In this document: positions 28,199 through 38,760 of the stretch, piece after piece | How positions within the stretch are numbered: position 1 is the stretch's first letter | How the letters are laid out: each line of letters opens with the position of its first letter | Assembly (NCBI GenBank): GCA_028819235.1 | Contig: JAPPMC010000173.1 | Span: 4,165 to 68,164 of the forward strand | Source: Bryobacterales bacterium | GTDB taxonomy: Bacteria; Acidobacteriota; Terriglobia; Bryobacterales; UBA6623 | Length of the DNA: 64,000 bases | Direction of reading: 5' to 3' | The notes under the pieces: generated by a model | Told to the model about the DNA's origin: nothing | The model's input: only the letters and a program-made list of their open reading frames with translations | Databases searched by the model: none | Program-made: the position numbers and the translations under genes

Positions 28199-31100
28199 GT
28201 GAGGCGGCCTGATAGGCGTGGATTCCTGACCTGGCTGGCCGGCGCGGCAGCGTTCCGGCCAGCGCGTGCTCTTGGCCAGGATGATCTGGCGGCAACGTTT
28301 CGCCAGGCTCGCCCTTGCCAAGACCTCAGGGAATTGGCCGATGCCGCCGCCGATACGTTCGAACTGGAGCGGCTCGGGATGGAGGTGGAACGTGCCCTCG
28401 CCGACATGCTCGATGACGCCAGGCTGCCGCTTGATGCGGGATTCGAAGGCCCGTCGCCCATGCCGTCGCGCTATTCGGTCCGGGACGGACTGCTGTTCGG
28501 AGAGTACGCGTCGGGCGAGGGGTTCAGGGCAGGTCTTGAGCGCTGGGTCTCGTCCCTTGGAACGGTGCGGCGCGCGATGTTCCACGCGCTGCCGGACGAT
28601 GTCGTTCGATTCGAGGTCTCTTCCGAGGTGGAGTCCCGGATGGAGCACCGCGTCGGCATATGGCGGATGGTGTGGCGGGATGGCCGGCTGGTCCGATTCG
28701 AGCCGCTGGAAGAGACGGTGGCGCGCTCTGGGGCTCCCCTATTTGCCGATGTCACGGCCGAGCTGTTCGGGTCCTGCGAGAGTTTCCGGGACCAGCTGTC
28801 GAAGGGCCTTCCCTACTGGAGGTCACGAATCGACGTGGCTTCGGGGATCGGCGTCTACGGAAACCAAGGCGTATCGGTGGGGGACATCGACGGCGATGGC
28901 TGGGACGAGGTGTACGTTTGCCAGCCGGCCGGGCTGCCCAACCGCCTCTACAGCAGGCAGGGGGACGGCACTTGGGCAGACATCACCGCGGATGCAGGGG
29001 TCGACGTCCTCGACGACACCTCGCAAGCGCTGTTCCTGGACCTGCGAAACATCGGCGTCCAGGATCTGGTTGTGCTTGCGGCGGCAGGTCCGCTCCTCTT
29101 CCTCAACGACGGGAGCGGGCGCTTTCGCCTGCGGGAGCGCGCCTTTCGCTTCGAGACGCCGCCCAAGGGTACGTTCGCCGGCATGGCGGCCGCGGACTTC
29201 GACCGCGACGGGCTCGTGGACCTTTACCTCTGCTCGTACCTGTACTTTCGCAGCGAAGACCAGTACCGCTATCCGGCCCCGTACCACGACGCGACGAACG
29301 GGCCGCCCAACTTCCTGCTGCGCAATGAGCTGGGCCGCGACGGCCAGGGCCGATTCACGGACGTGACCGAGGCCGCGGGCTTTGGGGAGAACAACGACCG
29401 CTACAGCTTCGCCGCAGCGTGGTGCGACTACGACGAGGATGGCTGGCCAGAGTTGTACGTGGCGAACGACTTCGGACGCAACAACCTCTTCAAGCGCGAG
29501 GGCGGAAAGTACCGCGACGTCGCCGCACGGGCCGGCGTCGAGGACATTGGGCCCGGCATGAGCGCTGCTTGGTTTGACTATGACGGAGATGGCCGAATGG
29601 ATCTCTACGTCACCAACATGTGGACTGCGGCGGGCCAGCGGGTGTCGCGGGATCCGGGCTTCGGGCCGATCCGCTCAGGGGCCCCGGCAGAGGCGTTTCA
29701 CGGGCACACCAAGGGCAACTCGCTCTACAGGAACCAAGGAGATGGGGCGTTCGAGTATGTTGCCGACACCGAGGGCGTCGAGATGGGGCGCTGGTCTTGG
29801 TCCGGCGATGCCTGTGACTTTGACTTGGACGGTACGCCCGAGATTCTGATCACGGCGGGCATGATCACCCATTCGCCGGACAAGGATCTCTGCAGCTTCT
29901 TCTGGCGCAGAGTGGTGTCCGAGTCGTTCGCCGACGCCCGCCCCATGGAGGGCTACGAGCAGGGCTGGAACTGCCTGAACCAACTGGTCCGCGAGGATTA
30001 CAGCTGGAACGGGAACGAACCGAACGTCTTCTATGCGAGGCGCGACGGTGCCTATCGCGACCTCTCGGGTGTCTCTGGCCTGGATGTTGCCGCCGACAGC
30101 AGGGCCTTTGCGGTCACGGATCTTGACGGAGACGGAAGGCCCGATCTCTTGCTCAAGAGCCGCCTTGGTCCCCAGCTGATTGCCTTCCGCAACGAATCGG
30201 CCGGAGCACGGCTGCCGCTCGTCCTTGAGCTGGAGGGGACAGAGTCGAACCGAGACGCCATCGGAACGATCGTGAAGGTGAAGTCGGCGGCCGGCATTGC
30301 GGCCCACTGCGTGTCTGCTGGATCCGGGTACATCTCACAGCACACGAAGCGCCTGCACGTCGGGATCGGGGATCACGCCTCCGCAACGGAGGTCAGCGTA
30401 CTGTGGCCATCCGGCCGTAGGCAGAGGTTCGAGAGGCTTGAGGCCGGGTACAGGTATCGGATCCGCGAAGGCGAGCCAGAGGCCAGACGCTCGCGCATCG
30501 GAACGCGGCAAGTCCGGGGAGAACTCGCGGAAGCTGTGGTGGCAGTCAACAGCCTTGGCCTTGAGCCGACCTGGCTACTGGACCCGTTGCCCCTTCCCGA
30601 GCCCGTGAGCGCGGGTTTGTTGGTGCTGGCCGGCGGGCCTTCCATCCGCTTGCCCTCAGGAGTTCCGGCCCAAGTGCTGGACCTCTCGTCCGCCCGGCAT
30701 GAGACGGCATCGGCCTATGCAGTCTTTCGCCGGTACATCTTCGACTATCGGGCCGACCTCGAACTTCCCATGAGCATGCTGGTGGATGATCGCAGCCGAG
30801 TTCGGAAGGTTTACCCAGGGCTGCCATCGGGCGGCATCATCCGTATGGACTACGAGGCCATGCTCGGCGGCGCGGAGGTTTCGCCCCTGCCGTTCCCAGG
30901 CCGGTACCATCGGCCCGTCGCGAGGAACCAGTACCAAATGGGTGCCGCGTTCCTGCAAGCGGGCCAGCCGCGGCTTGCTCTGCCCTATCTGCGCGAAGCC
31001 GCAGACCGGAACGCCTCTAACGCCAAAGCTTGGCTCGCGATCGGCCAGGTCGAGTTGGGCCAAGGCCGTCTGGCCGAGGCCGATAGCGCCCTGCGGCGAG

Positions 31101-31675
31101 CGCTGGCGATTGACTCCGAGTTACCGCAAGCTTGGAATAATCTCGGCGGCGTGGCCATGGGCCGGCAGGACTATCGGGCTGCAGCGAGCCACTTCGAGCG
31201 GGCCCTCGACATCAACGGGAATCTGCCGTACGCACTCATCAACGCTGCGCAGGCGCACAGTCAGCTCGGGAACGCCAGCCGAGCGGAGGTCCTGCTGCGC
31301 CGGGCGCTGGACGAGAATCCTGGTGAGGCGGACGCAGCCAACAAGTTGGGCCTCGCCCTCGCCAAGCAAGGCAAGCTTCAAGAGGCTCGGGTGCTGTTCC
31401 AGCAGGCGATCGAGCACAGACGGGACCACACTGAGGCGATCAACAACCTTGCAGTGCTGTACCTTCAGCTGCGCCAGGTCGGCGACGCGATCGCCGCCCT
31501 GCGGTACGGGATCTCCCGAGTGCCGGACTTTGCGACGTTCTACATGAACTTGGCGCGCGTCCATGCTGATCGGGGCGATTACGCCAGTTCCAGATCCGTG
31601 CTTGAGGAATTGCTGGTTCGGCAGCCCCGTCACGAAGCTGCCCGCCGGGTGCTGGTGCAGCTTCAAGGCCGATAG
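28199..31675 (+). CDS. FG-GAP/VCBS-repeat + UnbV(ASPIC) protein (CRTAC1-like) with C-terminal TPR domain; Tat signal
   Basis: Twin-arginine leader (RRPDRRGFLTWLAGAAAF). Repeated GDIDGDGWDEVYV / DFDRDGLVDLY / DYDEDGWPELYV / DYDGDGRMDLYV FG-GAP units. The UnbV_ASPIC segment is ...NRDAIGTIVKVKS...GSGYISQ...VSVLWPSG. TPR repeats follow to the C-terminus. Confidence 0.85.
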   Translation: MRRPDRRGFLTWLAGAAAFRPARALGQDDLAATFRQARPCQDLRELADAAADTFELERLGMEVERALADMLDDARLPLDAGFEGPSPMPSRYSVRDGLLFGEYASGEGFRAGLERWVSSLGTVRRAMFHALPDDVVRFEVSSEVESRMEHRVGIWRMVWRDGRLVRFEPLEETVARSGAPLFADVTAELFGSCESFRDQLSKGLPYWRSRIDVASGIGVYGNQGVSVGDIDGDGWDEVYVCQPAGLPNRLYSRQGDGTWADITADAGVDVLDDTSQALFLDLRNIGVQDLVVLAAAGPLLFLNDGSGRFRLRERAFRFETPPKGTFAGMAAADFDRDGLVDLYLCSYLYFRSEDQYRYPAPYHDATNGPPNFLLRNELGRDGQGRFTDVTEAAGFGENNDRYSFAAAWCDYDEDGWPELYVANDFGRNNLFKREGGKYRDVAARAGVEDIGPGMSAAWFDYDGDGRMDLYVTNMWTAAGQRVSRDPGFGPIRSGAPAEAFHGHTKGNSLYRNQGDGAFEYVADTEGVEMGRWSWSGDACDFDLDGTPEILITAGMITHSPDKDLCSFFWRRVVSESFADARPMEGYEQGWNCLNQLVREDYSWNGNEPNVFYARRDGAYRDLSGVSGLDVAADSRAFAVTDLDGDGRPDLLLKSRLGPQLIAFRNESAGARLPLVLELEGTESNRDAIGTIVKVKSAAGIAAHCVSAGSGYISQHTKRLHVGIGDHASATEVSVLWPSGRRQRFERLEAGYRYRIREGEPEARRSRIGTRQVRGELAEAVVAVNSLGLEPTWLLDPLPLPEPVSAGLLVLAGGPSIRLPSGVPAQVLDLSSARHETASAYAVFRRYIFDYRADLELPMSMLVDDRSRVRKVYPGLPSGGIIRMDYEAMLGGAEVSPLPFPGRYHRPVARNQYQMGAAFLQAGQPRLALPYLREAADRNASNAKAWLAIGQVELGQGRLAEADSALRRALAIDSELPQAWNNLGGVAMGRQDYRAAASHFERALDINGNLPYALINAAQAHSQLGNASRAEVLLRRALDENPGEADAANKLGLALAKQGKLQEARVLFQQAIEHRRDHTEAINNLAVLYLQLRQVGDAIAALRYGISRVPDFATFYMNLARVHADRGDYASSRSVLEELLVRQPRHEAARRVLVQLQGR

Positions 31676-31832
31676 CAGACTTGATCTTGACAGCCGGATT
31701 CCGGGAGCTTTGGCGGAACCTGCGGAATCCGGCTCTCGGCAATCCTGCAGCGTGATCCGCCGAGAGCTTCGATGGTGGCCGCAGCCTATTGACGGCGGCT
31801 ACTGCGCGATTGTTCCGGCAAGAAACGTCACG

Positions 31833-32255
31833 TCACCGCTGTCCCCGTTGCGCTACACGGGGGGCAATCGAATCTGGATCCGCGGCGAGCATTCGCGACA
31901 CGAGGGTGCTCAGATCTTCCAAGACTGCCGTAGCACGATCGCGTTCCAATGGTAGGCTTCGGCCTGCCAGCGCCTCGTATCCGTGAACGACGGCGAAGGG
32001 AGTGAACTCCAGAAGTCTCCGGATATCGACTCCGCTTGGATCAAAGGACTCGGCCAACGACTCCAGGTCATGCGTCACCGAGAACCGTACGCCCTCGATC
32101 GCCAACCTAGCCTTGAGGAGCTTTTCGGCGGCCTGCTGGACGTGAACGCCAAAGACCTCATCGGAGCCGCCTTCGTGCTCTAGCATGAGGTGCAGGACCT
32201 CGATATCGCGTCGAGCTGCCTCGATCAAGGCCCGCGCACACTTACGGTCGCTCAT
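31833..32255 (-). CDS. HEPN-domain protein (toxin-like partner of the MNT nucleotidyltransferase)
   Basis: The helical protein ...AARRDIEVLHLML...HVQQAAEKLLKARL...THDLESL fits the HEPN pattern. The ATG at 32255 is preceded by AGGGA and overlaps the upstream MNT gene stop by 14 nt. Confidence 0.7.
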   Translation of the reverse strand: MSDRKCARALIEAARRDIEVLHLMLEHEGGSDEVFGVHVQQAAEKLLKARLAIEGVRFSVTHDLESLAESFDPSGVDIRRLLEFTPFAVVHGYEALAGRSLPLERDRATAVLEDLSTLVSRMLAADPDSIAPRVAQRGQR

Positions 32256-32631
32256 AGAGCACTGTTCCCTCACGCAGTGCTCGGGCGAGCACGTAGTTCA
32301 AAGAGTCCTTCCAGTACTCGACATCCTCCTCGCTGTAGACAAGGATGTCCTTGCAGACCTTCACATCCGCCAGCACGCGGTATAGGCGCGCCGCTTCCTT
32401 GATCCTGGACCGGCCATCAGCGAACCCGCCAGACTCGATGACCACCACATCGACATCAGAGTCCGGCTTGGCATCTCCACGGGCCCGCGAGCCGAAGAGG
32501 ATGATCTTGAAGGGATCGACGTCCGATACGATCCGTCGGACCATTAGCTTGAGCAAGTCCTCGGTCACCGGCACACCCCAAATCGGACGGTCGCTACGTT
32601 GGCGGTCCATCTGTCCGGATTCTGGTGGCAT
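32242..32631 (-). CDS. minimal nucleotidyltransferase (MNT, Pol-beta superfamily)
   Basis: ILFGSRARGDAKPDSDVDVVVI is the GSxxRG...DxD nucleotidyltransferase motif. 129 aa, immediately upstream of and overlapping the HEPN gene. Confidence 0.8.
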   Translation of the reverse strand: MPPESGQMDRQRSDRPIWGVPVTEDLLKLMVRRIVSDVDPFKIILFGSRARGDAKPDSDVDVVVIESGGFADGRSRIKEAARLYRVLADVKVCKDILVYSEEDVEYWKDSLNYVLARALREGTVLYERP

Positions 32632-32746
32632 CAGCGCTCCGGTCAGGGCCGGCCTAAGGCGTCGAGAATGGCTGCGAAGCGGGGTAGGGCTGATCTGTGT
32701 GTCCGTGTGCGCCTAGTGGCCATTTGACTTCCCGGTCGCATCGCTC

Positions 32747-34456
32747 TCATCGACGAACGAGGTGCACTTGCCACGCGCCTCGGGTCTCATCGCCCATCTC
32801 TAGGCGCACCTCGATGGCCCCCTCCCCTTCTGCAAGCTCGATGCCTTCGAATCGCACCTCCCGCTGCCCGGCGGAGAAGCTGGTCGCCACCTCCGTTTCA
32901 CGAAAGCCGATTCGCGCAGTGCCAGCGACTGGTGCGGGCTCGTCGAGGACAACCGTCGCGTCGTACGGTCCGGTAGCCACGGATTCGACCTCCCACCGAC
33001 CTAAGACGGGATCGCCCCTCCCCCAGCCGTCCGCCGTGACCATGCGCCAGTCCTGACGGGTCAGCGTGACCTCGGGCTGAGCGTCGCTTCCGACAGCGAA
33101 TCGAACTGCATCGAAGCCTCGTGTCGAAGAGACTTCCTCGAACCAGCGTTCGTACGATTCCTTCAGCCGCTCGAGAACCTCCGGGCGCTCCTTCGCCAAG
33201 TCCTGCTGCTCTCCTGGGTCCGCGATGAGGTCGTACAGTTCCAGCGCCTCCAACTCGGCCGGCTCCGGCTCCGGTCGGCCAAAGCGCAGCGCCTGCACTA
33301 GCTTGTACTGCTGCTCGACGGCGGCGAATGCTCGGTACAACTGGGGTGCGTTACCGCGGTGGGCCTGCACGAAATAGGTCCTCTCGGGAAGCGACTCCAC
33401 CTCTCCTTTCCAGAGAGGGAGCAGGTCGATGCCGTCAATGTGCAGGTCAGATGGCGGGGTGGTGCCCGTGGCCGCGAGGAGCGTCGGCACAACGTCAATG
33501 TGCGCCCCGAGCTGGTCGATCTTGAGGGGCTCTAGTTCATCTGGCCAGCGGGCAAAGAACGGGACCCGTATGCCGTTCTCGTAGACGCTTCCCTTCTGAA
33601 GCCTGAGCCCGGCGTTGTAGAGCCGGGTCGTCGGTCCGTTGTCGGTCATGAAGATGAATATCGTGTTGCCCGTCAGCCCGTTGGCTTCCAGATGGGCCAT
33701 CAGCCTTCCAACGTTGTCGTCGATGTTTGTGATCATGCCGTAGATGCGGGCATCCTTGTCGGAGAGGCCCTGCTCGGCGTACGGCTCGCGGTACGAGTCT
33801 GGCACCAGATATGGGGAGTGCGGCGCGTTGGTGGGGATGTACGCGAAGAACGGCTCGCCGCTCCCGTCTCCTATCCAGCGGATTGCTTCGTCGAAGTAGA
33901 CGTCCGTGCAGTATCCGCTGAACGACTCCTGCGTACCGTTGCGGAACAGGATCGGATCGAAGTAGTCGGAGCCGGGTGGGTCGGAGGGCTGTCCAATGCC
34001 CCCTCCTTTGTGGACGACCGCTTCCTCAAAGCCTTGGTCAACGGGGCGCTGCGGGTAGTTGTCGCCAAGGTGCCACTTTCCGAAAATGCCGGTCCGGTAG
34101 CCCGCCGACCCTAGGATCTCGGCAATCGTAGCCTCGTCGGGATGCATCATTGCGCGACCCAAGTAGGTGTCCACTACGCCCGTCCGGTAGTTGTAGCGCC
34201 CGGTCATTAGCGCCGCCCGGGTGGGCGCGCAGACCGGAGAGACATAGAAGCGCGTCATCTCGACGCTCTCAGCTGCCAAGGAGTCCAAGTGTGGCGTTTG
34301 CAACACAGGGTCTCCGTGGGAGCCGAGCTGTGCCCAGCCTTGGTCGTCGGTCATGATCAGGACTACGTTCGGACGGGGGTCAGGTTCCACCCCCGTAGGT
34401 GAGCAGGCCAGTGGGAGAAGGGCTGCTGCCAGGATTGTTTGAACTCGGGCCATCAC
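32747..34456 (-). CDS. arylsulfatase (formylglycine-dependent sulfatase family), lipoprotein-type signal
   Basis: NVVLIMTDDQGW, the sulfatase signature SPVCAPTRAALMTGRY (CxPxR), GKWHLG and FIFMTDNGP. The signal is ...LLPLAC. Confidence 0.9.
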   Translation of the reverse strand: MMARVQTILAAALLPLACSPTGVEPDPRPNVVLIMTDDQGWAQLGSHGDPVLQTPHLDSLAAESVEMTRFYVSPVCAPTRAALMTGRYNYRTGVVDTYLGRAMMHPDEATIAEILGSAGYRTGIFGKWHLGDNYPQRPVDQGFEEAVVHKGGGIGQPSDPPGSDYFDPILFRNGTQESFSGYCTDVYFDEAIRWIGDGSGEPFFAYIPTNAPHSPYLVPDSYREPYAEQGLSDKDARIYGMITNIDDNVGRLMAHLEANGLTGNTIFIFMTDNGPTTRLYNAGLRLQKGSVYENGIRVPFFARWPDELEPLKIDQLGAHIDVVPTLLAATGTTPPSDLHIDGIDLLPLWKGEVESLPERTYFVQAHRGNAPQLYRAFAAVEQQYKLVQALRFGRPEPEPAELEALELYDLIADPGEQQDLAKERPEVLERLKESYERWFEEVSSTRGFDAVRFAVGSDAQPEVTLTRQDWRMVTADGWGRGDPVLGRWEVESVATGPYDATVVLDEPAPVAGTARIGFRETEVATSFSAGQREVRFEGIELAEGEGAIEVRLEMGDETRGAWQVHLVRR

Positions 34457-35006
34457 TCTGCTTAGGCTGGCCCACCGACTTGGTCGCAGTCAAGCCCCAT
34501 ACCGTCAGCCTCAGGACTGTTGCTTGTTCAAGCAGGCGGACAGGCCGGTGAGTGGTCGGTCCGGAATGCGGCAATTGCTAACAATCGGGCGACTAGGTTC
34601 AGAGGAATCCTGGCGCCTTGCGATGCCAGCAACGCACCATGTTCAGGTCCCCCCTACCTCAGGTCGACGGTGCGCACGGTAGGGGAGAGCTGGCGCCCCA
34701 AGGGAAGCGTCCACAGTGACGTGACTAGGGCGGGGCGGTCGATTTCAGCCCCATCGACAGGGTGTGTTACTTGATCGGCGTCAGATCCACTTCGAGGTCA
34801 TTCGCCTCGCGGCGGCCTGCGAGGCGCGCATCGCGTTGCGGCTTCGCCGGCAGATACACGATGCGCGGGCAGGAGCTCCGAGGAGAAGACGGTGGTTGCT
34901 TTCGGTCACAAGCACAATTCCGCCACCATGGCAATTGGCATAATCGAGCTGCGCCGGCATGCGAGACGCCGTTCCTCGATCGCAAGGCCGAGCGAAGAAT
35001 CTGACC

Positions 35007-36947
35007 ATGTCGCCCCTCTATGCAATCCTCTTCCTCGCGCTATTGGCCGCCCCGCAGGGCGAAGCGGCCGACCATCCGCTCGACCCGCTGAGCTATCGGG
35101 AGATCTGGACAATTCTCGAGATTGTCCGGGATGCCGGGCACATGGACCGAAAGACCCGCTTTTCCCAGTTGACGCTGCACGAGCCCCCGAAGAGCGAGGT
35201 GCTGGCCTGGCGCGCCGGAACGGCCGTGCCTCGAAGGGGATACGCTCTGGTTCGGCAAGGCAACGAAGCGTTCGAGGCGATCGTGGATCTCGCCAAGAGG
35301 CGGGTAATCACGTGGGCACCGCTCGAGGGCGCTCAGCCGAACTGGTCCGGAGACGACTACAAGGCTGTCATCGATAACGTCTTGGAACATCCTGATTTCC
35401 TTGCAGCCCTCAAGGCCAGAGGGATTACCGACACGACGTTCTTGGATTGCAGCACGGGGCCACCTGGCTATTTCGGAACCGAGGAAGAACGCGGGCGGCG
35501 CATCGGCAACGTACGCTGCTCCGAGCCCCGCGGAGTCCGAAACGCGTGGACCCGCCAGGTTGAGGGCCTATCGGCCGTGGTCGATCTCGAATCCGAGAAG
35601 GTCCTGCGGGTCGTAGACGACGGTCCCGTGGCGCTTACTGGAACTGACGGCGACTATGACCGCACGAGGCTCGAAGACCCGCGGGAAGTTCCGGGCCCGA
35701 TCGACACGCGCCAGCCGCTCGGCCCCGGATTCGAAATCGACGGATTCCAGGTGCGTTGGCAGAATTGGCGCTTCCACCTACGGCCCGATCAGCGCGTTGG
35801 CGCAGTCCTCTCACTAGTGGGATACCAAGAAGAACCCGGTGGCCCGCAGCGATCGGTCATGTACCAGGGCTACCTGTCCGAGTTGTTCGTCCCTTACATG
35901 GACCCATCATTCGGCTGGTACAGGCGAAATTTCATCGATGTTGGCGAATTCATGGCCGGCGGGTTTGCAAAGGCGCTGCTCCGCGGCCGTGACTGTCCAG
36001 ACTACGCCACGTACATCGACACCGTCATCAGCAACGACAAGGGACGTCCGAGCACCCTGCCCGATACGATCTGCGTCTACGAACGGGAGACGGGCGATCC
36101 GGCGTGGCGCCACTGGGCTTCCGAGATGCCGGACAGCCGAAGGAGCCGGGACCTCGTCGTGCGGGTCGGAGCGGTGGTCGGCAACTACGACTACCTCCTC
36201 GACTGGATCTTCCGCCAGGACGGCTCCATCGAAGTTCGGGTGGGCACTACTGGAATCCTGGAAGTGAAGGCAGTCGAGGACAAGGACGCATCGCACGCGG
36301 AACCGGGCACCGACGCCTACGGGCGGTTCGTGGATCGCAATATCGTGGCTGTGAACCATGACCACTACTTCAGCTACCGTCTCGACTTGGACATAGACGG
36401 CGCCGCTAACAGACTCGTCGTCGATAGGCTGGTGACGCAGCGACTGGCAGCCGACCATCCCCGTCGCAGCCTGTGGGTCCGGGAGGAGCACGTTCCCGCC
36501 AGCGAGCACGAAGCGCGACTCGACATCAACATCAAACGCCCGGCCTTGTGGCGCATCCAAAGCACCGACCGACGGAACTCCTCCGGCTATCCGACGAGTT
36601 ACCAGTTGGTTCCCGGGCACAACGCAAACACGCTGCTGTCGGAAGACGACTACCCTCGGCGGCGTGCAGGCTTCATTGACCACCACGTCTGGGTGACGCC
36701 CCACCGAGACGAGGAGCGCTACGCAGCCGGCGAACATCCGACGTTGAGCGAGCCGGGGCTGGGACTGCCCGCGTGGACGGCAGCCGACCGGGAGATCCTC
36801 GACACGGACATTGTCGTCTGGCATACCATCGGCATGCATCACCTGCCTCGCTCAGAGGACTGGCCAGTCATGCCGACCGTGTGGCACGGCTTCGAACTCC
36901 GCCCATTCGACTTCTTCGACCGTAATCCGGCGCTAGACCTGCCCTGA
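35007..36947 (+). CDS. copper (topaquinone) amine oxidase
   Basis: Signal peptide from the ATG at 35007. HPLDPLS N-domain start; TPQ consensus VGNYDYLLDW (N-Y-D/E-Y); His ligands in ...HDHYFSYRLDLD... and ...WHTIGMHHLPRSEDWPVMP. Confidence 0.9.
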   Translation: MSPLYAILFLALLAAPQGEAADHPLDPLSYREIWTILEIVRDAGHMDRKTRFSQLTLHEPPKSEVLAWRAGTAVPRRGYALVRQGNEAFEAIVDLAKRRVITWAPLEGAQPNWSGDDYKAVIDNVLEHPDFLAALKARGITDTTFLDCSTGPPGYFGTEEERGRRIGNVRCSEPRGVRNAWTRQVEGLSAVVDLESEKVLRVVDDGPVALTGTDGDYDRTRLEDPREVPGPIDTRQPLGPGFEIDGFQVRWQNWRFHLRPDQRVGAVLSLVGYQEEPGGPQRSVMYQGYLSELFVPYMDPSFGWYRRNFIDVGEFMAGGFAKALLRGRDCPDYATYIDTVISNDKGRPSTLPDTICVYERETGDPAWRHWASEMPDSRRSRDLVVRVGAVVGNYDYLLDWIFRQDGSIEVRVGTTGILEVKAVEDKDASHAEPGTDAYGRFVDRNIVAVNHDHYFSYRLDLDIDGAANRLVVDRLVTQRLAADHPRRSLWVREEHVPASEHEARLDINIKRPALWRIQSTDRRNSSGYPTSYQLVPGHNANTLLSEDDYPRRRAGFIDHHVWVTPHRDEERYAAGEHPTLSEPGLGLPAWTAADREILDTDIVVWHTIGMHHLPRSEDWPVMPTVWHGFELRPFDFFDRNPALDLP

Positions 36948-38490
36948 TCGCGGATCCAGAGGACTCAGTGTTCCGCCATGGGCACCGCGACTCAGAAGTG
37001 TTCGGACAGGTAGCTCTTCGGCAGTTGACGGTTTGGCCGCGGAGGCAGCTGTTCCTTGCCCTTGGCAAAGTGGCCAGCCTTCGGGGGAGGCGATCACCTC
37101 GGCCCGACCTGCCTATCTCCGCTCTGGGCTCAGCCAGGACCGTACGACCAGCTCCCGCAGTGCTCAGTACTCGGATGGCCTCATTCATGACTATCCGGCG
37201 CGGGGCACGCGGGCCATCGGAGAAGTCCCTCCCCAGAGCCTCTCGACCTCCCTCTTGGGACGCCGGCGCACAAGGATGGACTGGTCCAGCCGGCCAGGCT
37301 GCTGTCAGGACCGCCCCAAGTTAGAAGCCGGCAGCCGCCAAGGGCATCGAGCGTGGGGTACGTAGACCCCTCTGGGCTCAGGGCGGCTGAGCGGCATCCC
37401 TCTCTAGGGCCTGCATGATCGCCGACATTCCGTCGTTCTCGCCACCCTTCCCTGGCTGTCCCCCGATTTCGGGTCGGCAGTCGCACTGAGGGATAGACAG
37501 CTCATCCGGACGCTGAGGGAGAGCCCTTATCGCAGATCCGATTTTCATGGACGATTTTGCACGGATGTGGAGGACCGAAGATCAGATTCGCCGAACTGAG
37601 TTTCGAGGCTTGCGGTTCTTCTTGGCGCAGCGATCTGTAGAAAGTGCTGATGTTGGGAGCGATGCGAGCCTGGAACTCAAAAGGAGCGTGGCTTGATGGG
37701 CAAGGCTCCGGTCTTGAAGGCGTGAGTTCTTGCGACTTTGCAGTCCGCCCGGGTGGGAGCCGATCCTTCATGGCCGACTACCAGTCGCTTGATGGTGACC
37801 TCTGCCAGTGAGTCTGGCCGGCGAGACGTGCGTGGGTTGCCCTGGAGCCTATTTCCCACCAAGTCGCGGACTTGGCTGATCGACAGAGAAGATGGCGGGC
37901 TGAGCGCGGCCCTCTTGTTCCTAAGGGGAGGGGCTGGAAGGAGTCCGCCGAATGGCCGGCTAGACAAGCGCGTGTCCGAGCACCTGTTCGTGATCGTGTT
38001 GGCGTACCACGTTGTGCATGCATTTCCGCAGTGCAGTTCGAAGGCGCGAAGGATCGACGGAAGCTGGAGGTCGACACCCGGGAACGGATACGGACGCGCA
38101 ACAACTGACAACGTGCGACTGGCAACAACGATGGGCAGCAGACGGGTAGGTGTGGAGCCAGCGGCAGGTCTGCAAGCGCGGATCGCCGCGACGGGCGCTA
38201 GTTTCCGCAGGCACCGGCAGTTACTGCCATTGGTCCCTGGATACGCCATGGAAGGCGCTGAGGCGGGAAAGGCGAAGGAGGCAGCCCACGAATCGTACTA
38301 ACCGCATATTGGATTGGCAGCCGTTGGCCCACTATATCCAGATACATTGATCGACTCAACCCATGCTATGCAGCAGACACTTCTGGATCGGCTTGAAGTC
38401 TGGGTGCGGGTCGGGCCTGCGGTTCGTCTTGATCCAAGAAGAGGCGTCGAGCATTCTCATGCCCTAGACTGATATCGCGAGGAGGCTACG

Positions 38491-38751
38491 ATGTCGCAAC
38501 ATTCTCATGACCCGACGACCGAAATGGAGAAGAACTGGGTAGCCTTCAAGGCCCGGGAGGAATCCCTCAAGGCGGAGAATCTCGGACGTACGGTCTTGCT
38601 CCATGACGGAGAGATCGTTCAAATCTACAATGACAGCGGAGATGCCTATTCCATTGGATGCGAGAAGTTCGGCTTGGGCAAGTTCTCAATCCAGACCATA
38701 GGAGAGAAGCCAAGATCCCTCGGCATCCTCACGATGCACATTGGATCCTGA
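38491..38751 (+). CDS. small hypothetical protein (86 aa; DUF5678-like impression)
   Basis: ATG preceded by GAGGAGG. Protein-like composition (WVAFKAREESLKAENLGRTVLLHDGEIVQIYNDSGDAY...). The stop is 10 nt before the SD/ATG of the retropepsin-like gene. The family assignment is only an impression. Confidence 0.45.
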   Translation: MSQHSHDPTTEMEKNWVAFKAREESLKAENLGRTVLLHDGEIVQIYNDSGDAYSIGCEKFGLGKFSIQTIGEKPRSLGILTMHIGS

Positions 38752-38760
38752 GACAGGAGA

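Noticed and set aside
37960-38214. Tyrosine-recombinase-like box (SRLRTALRK...EQVLGHA) on the minus strand.
   Set aside because: It is only one short motif-like stretch in a frame with poor codon bias. There is a stop directly after LGHA and no catalytic Tyr region. I mention it under the 36.9-38.5 kb finding but it is too weak to annotate.
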